Positions 26,808 to 37,739 of a stretch of 64,000 nucleotides of DNA are shown here, piece after piece (the stretch's first letter is position 1; every line of letters begins with the position of its first letter). The notes under the pieces are model-generated. The model worked only from the letters and a program-made list of their open reading frames with translations, made no database searches and was not told the DNA's origin. Made by a program: the position numbers and the translations under genes. Source of the stretch: Chiloscyllium plagiosum (lineage: Eukaryota); NCBI RefSeq assembly GCF_004010195.1, contig NC_057756.1:7444275-7508274 (forward strand), written 5' to 3'.

Positions 26808-27590
26808 AGAAGGACGAGTTGCACTGAACTGGAGAGGCACCAATATCCTGGGAGGGAGGCTTGCTGGAGCTCTTTGAGATAATTTAAGCTGGATTGGCAG
26901 GGCCTTGGGAACTGGAGCTACGGATCAGATAATGGAATAGGTAGTGAACAGCCAGATACAGCGTGCAGAGAGTCTGTGATGAGGGATAGGTACTTGATAG
27001 GGCTATGGTACAGTCAGTGTGATGGGTTTAAGTGCGTCCATGCTATCACAAGAAGTATCAGGAATAAGGGTGGCGAACTCAACGCACAGATCAGTATTAG
27101 GACATATGATGTTTTGGCCATTACAGAGACTTGGATATCACAGTGGCAGGAATGATTGTTCGATCTTCCAGAGTTTAGATGTTTCAAAAGGAATGGGGTG
27201 GGGGCGTGGAGGTAAAGGAAGTAAAGGGGTTGCATTGCTAATCAGTGATAGTGTTCCTGCTGTCAAAAGGGAAGTCATTGAAGAAGAGTGAGTATGAGTG
27301 GAAGTCAGAAACTGGAAAGGAGCAGTCACTTAATTTGAACTTTACCCCAGGCCCTCCTATAGCAACATAGAGATGGAGGAGCAAATTGGGAGGCAGAAAT
27401 TGGAAAGGTGCAGACGTAATAGGGTTGTTGTCTTGACTGAATTTAAATTCCAATCGTTTTGGATGGAGCAATGTTTGTCAGTGTTTCCAGGAAGGATTCC
27501 TGACGAAATATTTAGGCAGGCCAACGAGAGGGGAGGCCAACTTGGATTTGGTGTTTGGCACCGAACAGGCCAGTTGGCCCATCTCTTGGT
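26808..27590 (+). mobile_element. CR1 fragment spanning the ORF1 end and the ORF2 endonuclease start
   Basis: aaggacgagttgcactgaactggagaggcaccaatatcctggga translates to KDELH(L)NWRGTNILG, followed by a decayed endonuclease N-terminus (aagtgcgtc...agaagtatcaggaataag). Confidence 0.65.
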
Positions 27591-29193
27591 GGAAACCACT
27601 GCCCAAATATGAATTAAGCCCTTCCCTTCCAGCCAGCCCTTGCTTCACTCCTCCTTCTCTCCTCGCCGCTCTGGCAAAATGGAGCCCGACTACCAAGGTA
27701 AGTCCCTTTTTATGTGGGAAAGAAAGAGAGATGATCTCAATTAAACATATATAGGATTCTTAAGGGGCTTTTTCAGGGAAAGTACTGTTTCCCACTACTA
27801 GAGAGAGTAAGAGTAAATGGACAGTGTAAGACTGAGATGAGGAGAAATGTCTTCTCTTGGATTGTTGTGAATCTTTGGAAGTCCTTGCTGCAGAGTGCTG
27901 GGGTGGCAGAATATTTCTGTATGTTTAAGGCTGAGGTATTTTTATTCACTATTGGGAAGTGTGTGTCGCTGGCTCGACCAGTATTTATTGCCCATCCCTA
28001 ACTACCCAGAGGGCAGTTAAGAGTCAACCACATCGCTATGGGCCTGGAGTCACGTATAGGACAGACCAGGTAAGGATGGCAGTTTCCTTCCCTCCAGATT
28101 ATATAGATTCTTGATCACTTGCATCTTTAAGGGTTGTGGGGAAAGGGCAGGAGAGTTTATGTGATCGGCTAATGATCCATTTTAATGGTGGTGCAGGATT
28201 GAGGGGCCGAATGGCCTCTGGCTGCTCCTATTTCTTACAGTCTTATTTTCTACCTGTTCCTCACTCCTTGCTTTACTCCTGCTTAAGGGACATTAGACGT
28301 TCGAAGCTTGGTAGCAAAATGGGAACAATGTCCGGAACACAGAATGTCCACACGATGAAATGTCTTTTACTGTGGTTAATGACAGGATTGATCGAACATT
28401 AGGGCTCACCGAGCTAAAACAGTTGCTTATCAAAACCAGCTGGTCAGAAATATCTCAGAATATTTTGAAGTAACAAATTACACATGGGGCTGCCACCACT
28501 CGTGTCTATTTACTTCTGGACTGGATTCGTGTCTGGAGTAGAGATTGATGCAAGACTTTTAATTGATTTCTGTTGAGGTGCAGCGAAATAAATGTCATCA
28601 TAGAAGGCCGTCCAACCAAATGAGCTAACTGGCACATACAAAATGGCGGTGCTGGAAAGGTTCAGGCTCCTGGGACCATTCTCTCAAGGTGGCTGATCCC
28701 TCACTTCTTTCCTTTTTTTTTTTACCACTTTCCTTTTTCTTTTCCTTCTTACTTTTCCAGTCAGCGGCAGTGGAGGGGGTTACATTGTGGAATGGAGGGT
28801 CTGGAATGGGACTCTTGGCAAAGCATTAGCCTGGCCTTGCAATGAAGCCAGGGACTCCTGGTTATGGTGGGGCCAGAGTCCTTTACTTTAGTCCTTGGTA
28901 AAACCCAAATCTAACCTATTTGTTAATTCTAAAAGTATGGCCTTTTTCTTTCCTTCTTGGCAAATTTAAGAATCAACTTCAAATCCCAAATCCTCTTCTG
29001 CACTTTCAAAAAGTCATTTATCTCACTTTTAATTTAATCAACCACACCTCACCAAAGTTAAACAACTTGTCTCATCTAGGTTTTATTTAAAGTTCTAGGA
29101 CACTGACCTGCAAGTGTTTAAATCTGCTAGGAATCTTCGTACCCTCAAATCTATCCAAATCTGTCTAAACCAGTTCAAATCACGGACCCAAAC

Positions 29194-29871
29194 TGTTACA
29201 AAAAAAAGGATAAGCACACCTGTTTAATGTAAACCAGCAACACAGAAAAGATTTTCTTTCCATGCAATAATCTGTTTTCGGTCGAGTGGCCAAGGACTAC
29301 TTAGTAAAAAATTAGCTTTATTTCTTAAAGTATAACAGAGGATAATTAACGAACAATTATTTACAATTTCTTTCTCTAACCTATCTTTTACTTATCCCTC
29401 TCCAATACGAGTCCAATAAAAACGCCCAGTTAAGATTTACAAAAACAAAACTTCTTACCTCAAAGCCAGGCATCTTTCATTCTTCTCTGTATTTCGATTT
29501 TCTTTTCTACTAGTTGGGGATTCTGATTCACATGTTACTGATCTATAAAAATACCTTTCAGATAGCAATTTTCGGGCAGTCTTTTAACCAGGTGGTGGCT
29601 TGGCATTTCTCCTCTCAACTGTTAATTTTCGCCAGTCTTATACCCCCAAAGCATCGGATTGGTTTTTAAGATTGTCAACAAACTAAATTCAAACTTGATT
29701 GGATTTTGGCATTTTTGGGTGGGGAGGGGGGCATAATTTAAGCTGATTGGCCTAATTCGAATCTGTTTTGACATTCCCAGGCAACCAGCTAATCGAGTTG
29801 TCTGAACAAATGTTATATTATATTTTACTTTTCAGAACACTTGGTTCTGTCAGATCGCTCTATTGATTACA
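29194..29871 (-). mobile_element. Candidate LTR (~680 bp)
   Basis: The minus strand begins TGTAA and ends TAACA. In order it carries three CCAAT boxes (29750-46, 29702-698, 29662-58), TATAA (29642-38) and AATAAA (~29322-17). Confidence 0.55.
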
Positions 29872-30230
29872 AAGGTTCATACAATCATGAGGGGCATAGA
29901 TAAGATGAATGAAAAGGATTGTTTTCCTATGGTGGGGTGAGTTCAAAACTGGTGGGCCTACTTTTAAGGAGAGAGAAGAATGAACAAAACAGGACATGTG
30001 AAATAACTTTTTTTACACAGAAAGTGGTTCGTGTGTGGAATGAACTGTCAGAGGAAGTGATGGATGCAGGTAGAGTCACACCATTTAATAGATATTGGGA
30101 TAAGGACATGAGTATGAAATGTTTGGAGGGATATAGGCCAAGAGCAGGCAAGCGGGGCTAGTTTAGTTTGGATTATGTTCAGCAAGAACTGTTAGACCAA
30201 AGAGTCTGTTTCCATGCTATATGACTCTAT
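29872..30230 (+). mobile_element. CR1 3' fragment
   Basis: Encodes FFTQKVVRVWNELSEEV and ends in an atgactctatg tail. Confidence 0.8.
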
Positions 30231-31334
30231 GGCTGTCTGTGTTCAGTTCAAAGTAAAACTTTGTTAATCTATGCAACATTGTACTTGCATTTTGATCCTG
30301 GGTTTTCTCATGAGTTTTGCTTTGTCCCACAGCAGATTCTGTGCAAAGAAAGGAAAGCAGGTCAACTTCTTTTCAACTTCCCTCCATTTATTTTATTATC
30401 CAAAGTTGTTGCCCTTAGCTATAGAGTCGTGTACTCACTTAACCCTGCTCATTGACTGGGGCTAAAATGGAACTTCAACAGCCATTGGGGAATCATGGGA
30501 GCATATTGAGTTCAGAATAGTAGGCCATTCTTCCCCTCAAGTCTGTTTCTTGCCATTTTAAACGCTCATGACTCTGACCTCAACTCCATTATCTTGTCCA
30601 CCCCAGATCACCAATGACTTTTTGCTTGTCATCTTGCCCTCACTCACAAGCAGAGATTAAAATAAACCAACATCTACTTATGCAAACATCATTTAACTGA
30701 GAGTTCTTAATTTAGCTTTTTTTCAAGACCTTCCCTCCCACCTAATCTCTGTGAAACATGTATTTTTCTGTATGACAAAATCTACATTCATTCTTGTTGT
30801 CGTTTCACTTATTTCATGTATTCTTTAGGGGACTGCTGCAAGACAGGAGAGATGATGACCTAGTGATATTATTACTGGGCTGTTAATCCCGAGACTCAGA
30901 GGTCCCAGGTTCAAATGCTGCCACAGCAAATTTTATTTCAATAAAAATCTGATCGAATTCTAATGAGGGGAAATTGTTTTGTCGCTCTCCCTTCTCCTCT
31001 TCAGCCTCAATGATCAAGCAAAATGCATCATGCCCAATAAGACTAAACAGTGGTTCTTTGTCAACATTATGGACGAATGAGCATCAGCCTCTAGCTTCAC
31101 AAACATTAACTTGGACTAGAGGATAGAACAGTACTGGTGCTGGTGCTGATCAATGACTCTGGGCTGGAAGCTAAAATTCACTTCCCTGGACACTGTAGTC
31201 TTTCATGACCCACATTAGCACAACAATAAGTTGCCTCGACAATGGGGACAGGAGAGCCACTGGCGGACCTTCAAGACACTTCACCCAGCGTTGGGGAAAT
31301 AAATAAATCATGACTCTAAAAAAAAAACATCGAG

Positions 31335-31480
31335 TGTATCAAAATACTTTGGATGCTGGATGTCTGAAACAAAGACAGAGAATGCACGAGCAATTCAACA
31401 GGTCTGGCAGCTTCTGTGGAGAGAGAAAAACAGAGTTAATGTTTCGAATCCGACATGACTCTCCTTCAGAACTCTGTTCT
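31335..31480 (-). mobile_element. Penelope-type terminal fragment containing a minimal type I hammerhead-ribozyme motif (31429-31478)
   Basis: Minus strand: AACAGAGTT-CTGAAGG-A-GAGTC-ATGTCG-GATTC-GAAA-CA-TT-AACTCTGTT. Confidence 0.65.
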
Positions 31481-31487
31481 GGAGTAG

Positions 31488-32020
31488 TTAGAGTCTACAA
31501 CACGGAAATAGACCCTTCAGCCCAACTTGTCCATGCTGACCAGATTTCCCTAAGTGAACTATTCCGTTTGCCTCTGTTTGGCCCATATCCTTCCAACACT
31601 TTCTGTCCATGCATCTATCCAAATGTCTTTTAAATGTTGTAATGTTACCTGCCTCGACCACTTTCTCTGCAGCTTTTTTTTTGTCTCCTGCCAATTCTTC
31701 TGGCAGCTCGTTCCATGCAGGCACACTGTTTGCATGAAAAAGCTGCTCCTCAGGTCCCTTTAAATCTTTTTCCACTCACCTTAAACCTGCATCCTTTCGT
31801 TCTGGACTACCCTACCCCGGGAAAAAGACATTGTCCATTCACCCTATCAATGCCTCTCATGATTTTATAAACCTCTATAAGGCTCAACCTCCAATACTCC
31901 AAGGGAAAAAGTCCCAGCCTATCCAGCCTCTTCTTATAACTCAAACCCTCCAGTCCCAGAAACGTCACTGTAAATCTTTTCTGCACCTTTTTCAGTTTAA
32001 TAACATCTGTGCCTTTATAG
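31488..32020 (-). mobile_element. CR1 3' fragment
   Basis: Minus-strand GLSYKKRLDRLGLFPLE...EVYKIMRGIDRV and WNELPEE. Confidence 0.85.
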
Positions 32021-32024
32021 CCGT

Positions 32025-32341
32025 TTAGAATAATAGAATCCATAAAGTGCAGAAGGCACCAACCCATCAAAGATTATTGCACCCAGACCCAGGCCCCTAC
32101 CTTATCACCTTAACTGCACTTATATCCTGGCTAATCCACCTAACCTACACATCCCCAGATACTGTGAGCAATTTAGCATGGCCAATCCACATCTATGGAC
32201 TGCGGGAGGAAACCGGAAAACCTGGAAGAAGACAAGGTGAGAACGTATGAACTCCACACTGACAGTCGCCTGAGGCTGGAATCGAACCAAGGTCCCTGGT
32301 GCTGAGGTAGCAGGGCTAACCACTGAGCCATCGTGCCACCC
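32025..32341 (-). mobile_element. HE1/V-SINE-type SINE
   Basis: The minus strand starts ggtggcacgatggctcagtggttagc...ggttcgattcc. Confidence 0.8.
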
Positions 32342-34334
32342 TATTTGCCTCAGACATGATGTGCAATGGAAAATTACACAATGCATTGTGGGCAGGGACG
32401 TGTAGGATAGAGGAATGATACCCTCTTTGCCCGGAAGAGGCCAAGATACCAGACTCTGCCAGTCCCTCACTCCCCCAGTGAACATGTGGAGAAACAACCT
32501 ACAATGCAGGAAGAAGTCAGTCTGCCAGGTGAAGTGCCACTTCTCTCTCCCACTTCAAATGTTCTCTATCTCTGCGATGACACCCACCATCCACCTAGCC
32601 TCATCCTCACTCTCTCTCAGTGTATCATGCAGTGTCCATCGTTGCATACTCCATTCATAGTACTCCGCACACCCTCACTCTCGGGGTTCTCTCTGGAACT
32701 GTACAGTTCAACTCTAACCACACTGACATCATTTTGGCAGACTGGTGTGAGTGCGTAAAAATGATGAAGACATGCAAGGCACCATGTAATCCTGTTCAGA
32801 CATCGCTAAACTCCGGTCGTACAACATCCAGAGGAAGGAGAGGGGAGTGAGTCCGATACCTGGTTTCATTGTATTCCTGCGATTGTTCACCCTTTCCAAA
32901 TCCGCAGTCACAAAATGACTGCCATAGTCCACAAAAATTACCGTGAGCAAAAAAGATACCGAACATCACACAAACCAGCCTTCCTTCCATTGACCTCGTC
33001 TATACCTCTCACTGCTGCGGGAAAGCAGCCAACATAATCGAAGACTCCTCCCACCCTGGTATACTCTCTTCCACCCTCTTCCATCAGGCAGGAGATACAA
33101 AAGTTTGAAAACACTTACCAATAGATTCAAGAACAGCTTCTTCCCAGCTATTATCAGACTTATGAATGGATCTCTCATATATTAAAGTTAACCTTCCTCT
33201 GAACCTAATCTGTGACAGTGTATACTATTATGAATTCTTTTCTATACCCTGATGTACTTAGGTAATGTATGATTTGTCTGGTTACCAGGCAAAACAATAC
33301 TTCTTGCTGTATCTTGGTTCATGCGACAATAATAAATCAAAGTACACAGCTCTGTAATTGTACAACTCTGGAAAGAAAGTTGTGCAAAGCACGATCTGTT
33401 GATAAGCTCTTTTGGCAATGTGGTCCTTTTTTATTTCTGATTTTGATGATTTCAGCGCTTAGTACTTGTACTGCCTTCAATCGCAACTGAAGCTTCTCAT
33501 GCACTTCTGAAGAGGCTATTCTTACTATTTTGTACATGGTTCTCTTGAGTGAAATATTTTTGAAGGCTCCCGTGGCAATTGAGGATCTGAAATCTGAATA
33601 CAGGCTGAAGTAACTAGTTGTAGTCAGGAACAATCATTTAAATTGATTGTTTAAATGCTCTTACTAACATATGCAGCAATAAAATGGCTTCTTGATGCAA
33701 ATAACATGACAAAATGACTTCTGGGCTGCAAACTGACAATCCTGCTTAAAGCTGCATAAAATGGCTTTTAACGCTGCTAAAGCTGAACTAACCACAGTTT
33801 GTCTCAACAAAGATTAGCAGAAAATGCTTTCTTTACAGCATAGAAATAACTAGACCAGATAAAACATTACGAGCCATCCGAACTGACCTTGCAAGTGCAG
33901 GTGCAGAGACTAGGTTCGCGAGATAGGAGTACTTGGCTGTTGGAAAACAAGGTTGGTTCCCAGGAAATATCATTGGGCTAAGCTGGTGTCAATAAAGTCA
34001 CTTCATTAAAATTGATTTGTAATTGTTTGAATGTGTTCTATCATTATGACCTGTGCTTCTCTCAAACAATTGTATAAAAATGTCTTTGTCTTAAGCCATG
34101 TGTGCAGTTTCTCCAAAGACCACAGAAGTGTTTATCCTCTGTGTAACTGGACAACCTGTCCCCGGCTGAGATTAAATAAAGCGTGAAATCTTAGAGAGCC
34201 AGACGGAATTGCTAGTATTTATTGACCAATCGCAGAACTGCAAGTCCTGTCCCATGGGTTGAGTTCTTCACAATCACCTCTGTTTAATGACACTTCATTT
34301 TACAAGTACCAGGAGACTGACTGAAAGTTGCCTT

Positions 34335-35060
34335 GAACAGGGAGTCCAAAACCAGAAGGCATAGGATTGTGGTGAGATGGAAAAGATTTAGAAGGCACAT
34401 GGGTGGTAAATTTATCACAGAGAAGGTAGACCTGTCAAAGAAAGTCGGGGAAGTGGGTACAATTACAACAATTGAAAGGCATCTGGGTGGGTGCCTGAGC
34501 AGGAAGGGTTTCCAGGGATATAGGCCAAGTGCTGGCAAATGGGACTAAGTCAAACTGGAATGTATGCTCGGCATGGATGAGTTGGGAAGAAGGGTATGTT
34601 TCTGTGCTGTATTACTCTCTGAAATAATGACCAACAACTCTGATCAAAGAAAAAGATTTTCATTTCTGCTAAGTTAATCTCTGTAGAAAAAGTTAATGTT
34701 ATGTGTTATCTTATTTTGAAAGGGACATTAATATTTCCAACTGAATATAGTTAATGTCAGGAACCTTAACAGCATGGATTTGCCGAGGGATCTGCGGGGT
34801 TTAGTCCATAGCTCCCTGAAAATGGCCACTCACATTTAAAAAACGCGTAGGCATGTTTGCTTTTAATGGTGGGGGAGCTGAGTACAAGAGTCAGGGTGTC
34901 ATGTTGCAGCTTTATAAGATTTTGGTCAGGCCACACTTAGAGTGTTCTGTGCAGTTCTGGTTTTCACATGAAAGGAAGGATGTGAAGGCATTGGATAGGT
35001 TGCAAAAGTGGTTTACCAGTGTGCTGCCTCGATAAGAGGGTTTGAGTTACAAGGGGCGGG
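34335..35060 (+). mobile_element. Two CR1 fragments (~34335-34620 and ~34750-35060)
   Basis: Encode TRRHRI...GKWD and LQLYKILVRPHLECSVQFW. Confidence 0.75.
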
Positions 35061-35261
35061 GTTGGACAGAAAGTTAATGAGATGATGCATGACCCTATCT
35101 GGATGCATTACCGCTTGGTTTGTCAACTGATGTGTCCAAGACCACAAGAAATTACAGAGAGCTGTTTACACAGCCCAGTCCATCACACAAACAGCCTTTC
35201 TTCCATTGCCTCCGTCTACAATCCCTGCTGCCTCAGGAAAGCAACCAACATCATTAAAGAG

Positions 35262-35386
35262 GAGAAAGTGAGGTCTGCAGATGCTGGAGATCAGAGCTGA
35301 AAACGTGTTGCTGGAAAAGCGTAGCAGGTCAGGCAGCATCCAGGGAACAGGAGAATCGACGTTTCGGGCATAAGCCCTTCTTCAGG
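35262..35386 (-). mobile_element. 125-bp Penelope-type insertion with a 14-bp target-site duplication and a hammerhead core
   Basis: ACATCATTAAAGAG at 35248-35261 and 35387-35400. The minus strand reads CTGAAGA-A-GGGC-TTAT-GCCC-GAAA-CG-TC. Confidence 0.8.
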
Positions 35387-37420
35387 ACATCATTAAAGAG
35401 CCTTCCCACCGCAGTTATAATCTCTTCCACCCTCTTCCATTGGTCAGAAGATACAAAAAAAAAAGAAAACGAACATCAACAGATTCAAGAATAACTTATT
35501 TAATGTTGTTATAGAGTCATAGAGATGTACAGAATGGTAACAGACTTTTCGATCCAACTCATCCATGCCGTCCAGAAATTCTGAATGAATCTTGTTCCAT
35601 TTGCTAGCACTTGGCCCACATCTCTTTAAACCCATCTTATTTATATATCCATCCAGATACCTTTTAAATGTTGTTATCAGACTTTTGATTGAACCTTTTA
35701 TACATTAGAGTTGATCTTTATCTGCACCTTCTCTGTCGCTGTTACGCTACATTCTGCAATCTGTTCTGTTATTCTGATTTACTTTTGTAAGGTATCATTT
35801 GTTTGGATAGCACGCAAAACAATACTTTCACTGTATCTTGGTATATGTGACAATAACAAATCAAATGAATCAAATCCACTGGAGCAGAATAATAAGCGGT
35901 CTTTAGGGCTGGAACTTTTCGGTACTGGTCAGTTCCATTGCAACACAACGAATTTCAGGATATCAAAAGTCATAGCTCATTGGATGGTGATGGTGATGAT
36001 GATATAATGCAACAAAGACAAGTTAAATTGTATGTTTCATTCGAAATGTCTTATATCGAAACATACAGGTTATAAGAATGCAATGGGATAAGTGAGGAGG
36101 AAAAATTGACATGCAAAGACATTCAAATGTCTCAGCAATTAATTTGAAAGCTAGTCGATGGGAAGTCTTTCATGGTCTGAAAATAGTGGGGATGTAATAC
36201 GAACCATTATAGGTCCACTTAGGGTCGAAGTGCAAGATTTATGCTCAGAATATCAGGAACATAATAAATTGTGAGGAATGCGTTGTACTGATGTTTGATA
36301 ATGAAGGAGATGCTGATAAATATCGATAGAAGTGGAGACAATAAATTGAATGTGGTACGAAATTTGTTTGAAAAGAGTTAACGGATATGTAGTCTAGGCT
36401 TTGAGTGGAATTAACGCCTGTTCTGGCCCATTTGGAATTACGGCTTTGAAAGGAAGCAAAGGGTGAATTATGAAATCAGCTGTTATCTTCAATCAGATTC
36501 CAGAAGTAGGAAGAATCTACCCAGAGAACTTGGGAGCAGAAAATTGGACAATTTTAACACAGAACAATCGGAGGATTTCAAATCATCCCAGTGTGACTAT
36601 TTTTGCATGACTGATGGACAAACAGCACACATTGAATGGAAACATTAAAACAAAGGTCTATGGGTTAATTGACTTTGAGTTCATTTTAGATGTAGGAAGA
36701 CTATTCTCACTGACTGGTGGTTGCAGAACCACGGATTGCAGGAGAACAAATGTGAACAAGAAATGTATTCCCCTGAGTGGTGATCGCACTTTCTGCTAAA
36801 GAAAGTGGTTGAAGCCAAAACATTGATTATTTTCAAGAAGGCAACAAATATTTTTCTTCAGGCTAAAAGGATTCAAGGATCAGGAGAAAGCTGGCGGCAG
36901 GGTTCTGATTTCTATGATCAGCCATGATACTATTAAAAGGTTCGAACTACCAAATACACTAATTGTGTTTGCATATTCTATGTACCTATGTTTGATTGAG
37001 ATGCCTCCATAGAAGTAGCCACACCTTATTAGCTTGAGCTGCAGCATTGCCTTGGTTGCTCAGGCTGCTGGATCTGTCAAAGACACTGGTTTCAGTCTCT
37101 GTGGGAGTTTTGGAAGCTGTCTTCTTTCATAGACCAGAAGGGTAACTTATTCATGCAGAGAGTAGTCCATCTATGGAACGAGCTACCAGATGAGGTGACG
37201 GAGGCTGTAATAATTAGAACATTGAAAACCGAGTCTTGATGGGTATCTGAATAGGAAGACTTCAGAGGGATATCGGTTAACTGCTGGCAAATGGGACAAG
37301 GACAGAATGGGATGTCTGGTCAGCATGGATAAGTTTAAGTTAAGGGTCTGTTTCCGTGCTGTTTAAGCCAATGACTATATGAATTTTGCAATCCATTGCT
37401 CACAGAGATTGTCCTATTAC

Positions 37421-37593
37421 TGAGTCACTAAGGCTGTATGTCTTCTCTTTGGTGTTTTCCTATGAAGTTGGAAAGAAATAATTTGAATGCAACAGGGACT
37501 TACCATCTCTGCGCTAATGTAGTTTGCCTAACAGATCAGAAATAACAATGATGCAACTTTAACATTCCCCTGGGAATCCAAAAGAGTATAAAA
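37421..37593 (+). promoter_or_regulatory. Putative proximal promoter of copy A2
   Basis: TGAGTCA at 37421-37427, kB-like GGGACTTACC at 37495-37504, TGATGCAAC at 37549-37557 and TATAAAA at 37587-37593. Confidence 0.55.
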
Positions 37594-37672
37594 TTGTTTC
37601 TGAACACTGTAATACTATGTTCAGTTCGAAGGTTTTGGCTTCATCACCCAGGAACACAACATTATACACAAA

Positions 37673-37739
37673 ATGCTGCAGTTGTTCACCATTGTTGATA
37701 AAGTATATTACATCACTATTGCTGCGATTGGTGTCCCAG
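37673..37739 (+). CDS. GPCR copy A2, coding exon 1
   Basis: ATG at 37673, 22 codons plus G, donor GTAAGC at 37740. A 3156-bp phase-1 intron runs to 40895. It differs from the B exon 1 only at synonymous sites. Confidence 0.9.
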
